Shown here: positions 5,260 to 5,534 of the stretch, in pieces
Numbering within the stretch: position 1 is the stretch's first letter
How the letters are laid out: the number at the start of each line of letters is the position of its first letter
IMG/VR virus record: IMGVR_UViG_3300022920_000001
Coordinates: 1-5,534 of that record
Source of the DNA: a virus
Length of the DNA stretch: 5,534 nt
Reading direction: 5' to 3' (one strand)
The notes under the pieces: generated by a model
Seen by the model: only the letters and a program-made list of their open reading frames with translations
Databases searched by the model: none
What the model was told of the DNA's origin: nothing
Program-made: the position numbers and the translations under genes

Positions 5260-5429
5260 GCACTCCAAGCGCCGCCGTAGCACCTCCTGAAAAGGAAATA
5301 GCGAAGCGAAAAAAACCCCATAATAAAGAATGGTCAACGAAGTTGCGGTTAAAGTGCAAGGGAAAGCCCAAAAGAAACAAGCCGAAAGGCGCAGGTGCGG
5401 GCACAAGGGAGTTCATACCGTGGTGTTAA
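5106..5429 (+). CDS. Candidate overprinted gene: 107-aa highly basic protein in the +1 frame over the Rep 3' end, extending across the circular junction
   Basis: Shine-Dalgarno ggag (5094-5097) lies 8 nt upstream of ATG 5106. The ORF overlaps Rep by 154 nt, then stays open for 170 nt through otherwise unassigned sequence. It ends at TAA 5427-5429, which is circular coordinate 20-22. It is very Arg/Lys-rich. Caveat: the region is purine-rich, which keeps several frames on both strands open by composition alone. Confidence 0.3.
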   Translation: MARRSKRSSRRNQKTVQNPTQAQRQRNTAQRVARIGEQFRGYSPLATGVRVSTPSAAVAPPEKEIAKRKKPHNKEWSTKLRLKCKGKPKRNKPKGAGAGTREFIPWC

Positions 5430-5534
5430 CATAACAAATAGACTACTAAATCTAGTGAGTATGAAAAAAGTGTTTTACTATCTACAGAAAGTATGAAACA
5501 CAATATACAGCAGAAACGAATCCACAAAACGCTA
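5408..5534. repeat. Terminal redundancy copy 2 (wrap-around of the circular genome)
   Basis: Exact 127-nt match to 1-127. The match runs to the last base of the window, as expected for an assembly or linearisation overlap. Confidence 0.97.

Larger units (their letters stand above)
1..5407 (+). other. One complete unit of a circular Microviridae (ssDNA phage) genome, 5,407 nt
   Basis: Bases 1-127 are exactly repeated at 5408-5534, consistent with a circular molecule. The size is right for the family. All supported ORFs are on one strand. It contains a ~550-aa capsid-sized ORF and an HUH/YxxKY Rep, with compact overlapping gene junctions. Confidence 0.9.

Noticed and set aside
5082-5416. Three overlapping minus-strand ORFs (5082-5321, 5141-5416, 5221-5406)
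   Set aside because: The + strand here is purine-rich, so the complement is pyrimidine-rich and depleted of stop codons in all frames. Three mutually overlapping antisense ORFs point to a compositional artefact rather than genes.
1-5534. CRISPR arrays, tRNA/rRNA genes, integrase or transposase genes
   Set aside because: I saw no spaced short repeats, no cloverleaf-like segments and no ORF with recombinase-like features. Every large ORF is accounted for by phage functions, so there is no evidence here for an integrated or temperate element.

Overview
The window is one complete circular ssDNA phage genome of the family Microviridae, given linearly with a wrap-around. Bases 1-127 are identical to 5408-5534, so the unit length is 5,407 nt. 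All credible genes are on the + strand and tightly packed, with ATGA and TAATG start/stop overlaps.

Gene order:
- AT-rich non-coding region (1-191)
- Two tiny hydrophobic ORFs: 62 aa, plus a 30-aa ORF not in the supplied track
- Putative DNA pilot protein (230 aa)
- 23-aa extremely basic J-like peptide, not in the track, ending in an ATGA overlap with the capsid start
- Major capsid protein (554 aa)
- GC hairpin
- 175-aa orphan protein
- M15/VanY-like zinc peptidase, a putative endolysin (202 aa)
- Long GC hairpin
- HUH/YxxKY rolling-circle replication initiator (359 aa)
- Purine-rich tail

Most notable observations:
- An enzymatic lysis candidate in a microvirus. It is an M15 peptidase with an unusually long insert between its first two predicted zinc ligands and a cationic amphipathic N-terminus. 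The two translationally coupled mini membrane proteins could be its partners.
- The unannotated J-like basic peptide.
- A 107-aa highly basic ORF overprinted on the Rep 3' end. It has a good Shine-Dalgarno and runs across the circular junction.
- A motif in the non-coding region resembling the phiX174 (+)-strand origin.

No tRNA, rRNA, CRISPR or transposon features were seen. Functional calls rest on motif recognition by eye and on genome architecture. No database search was possible.
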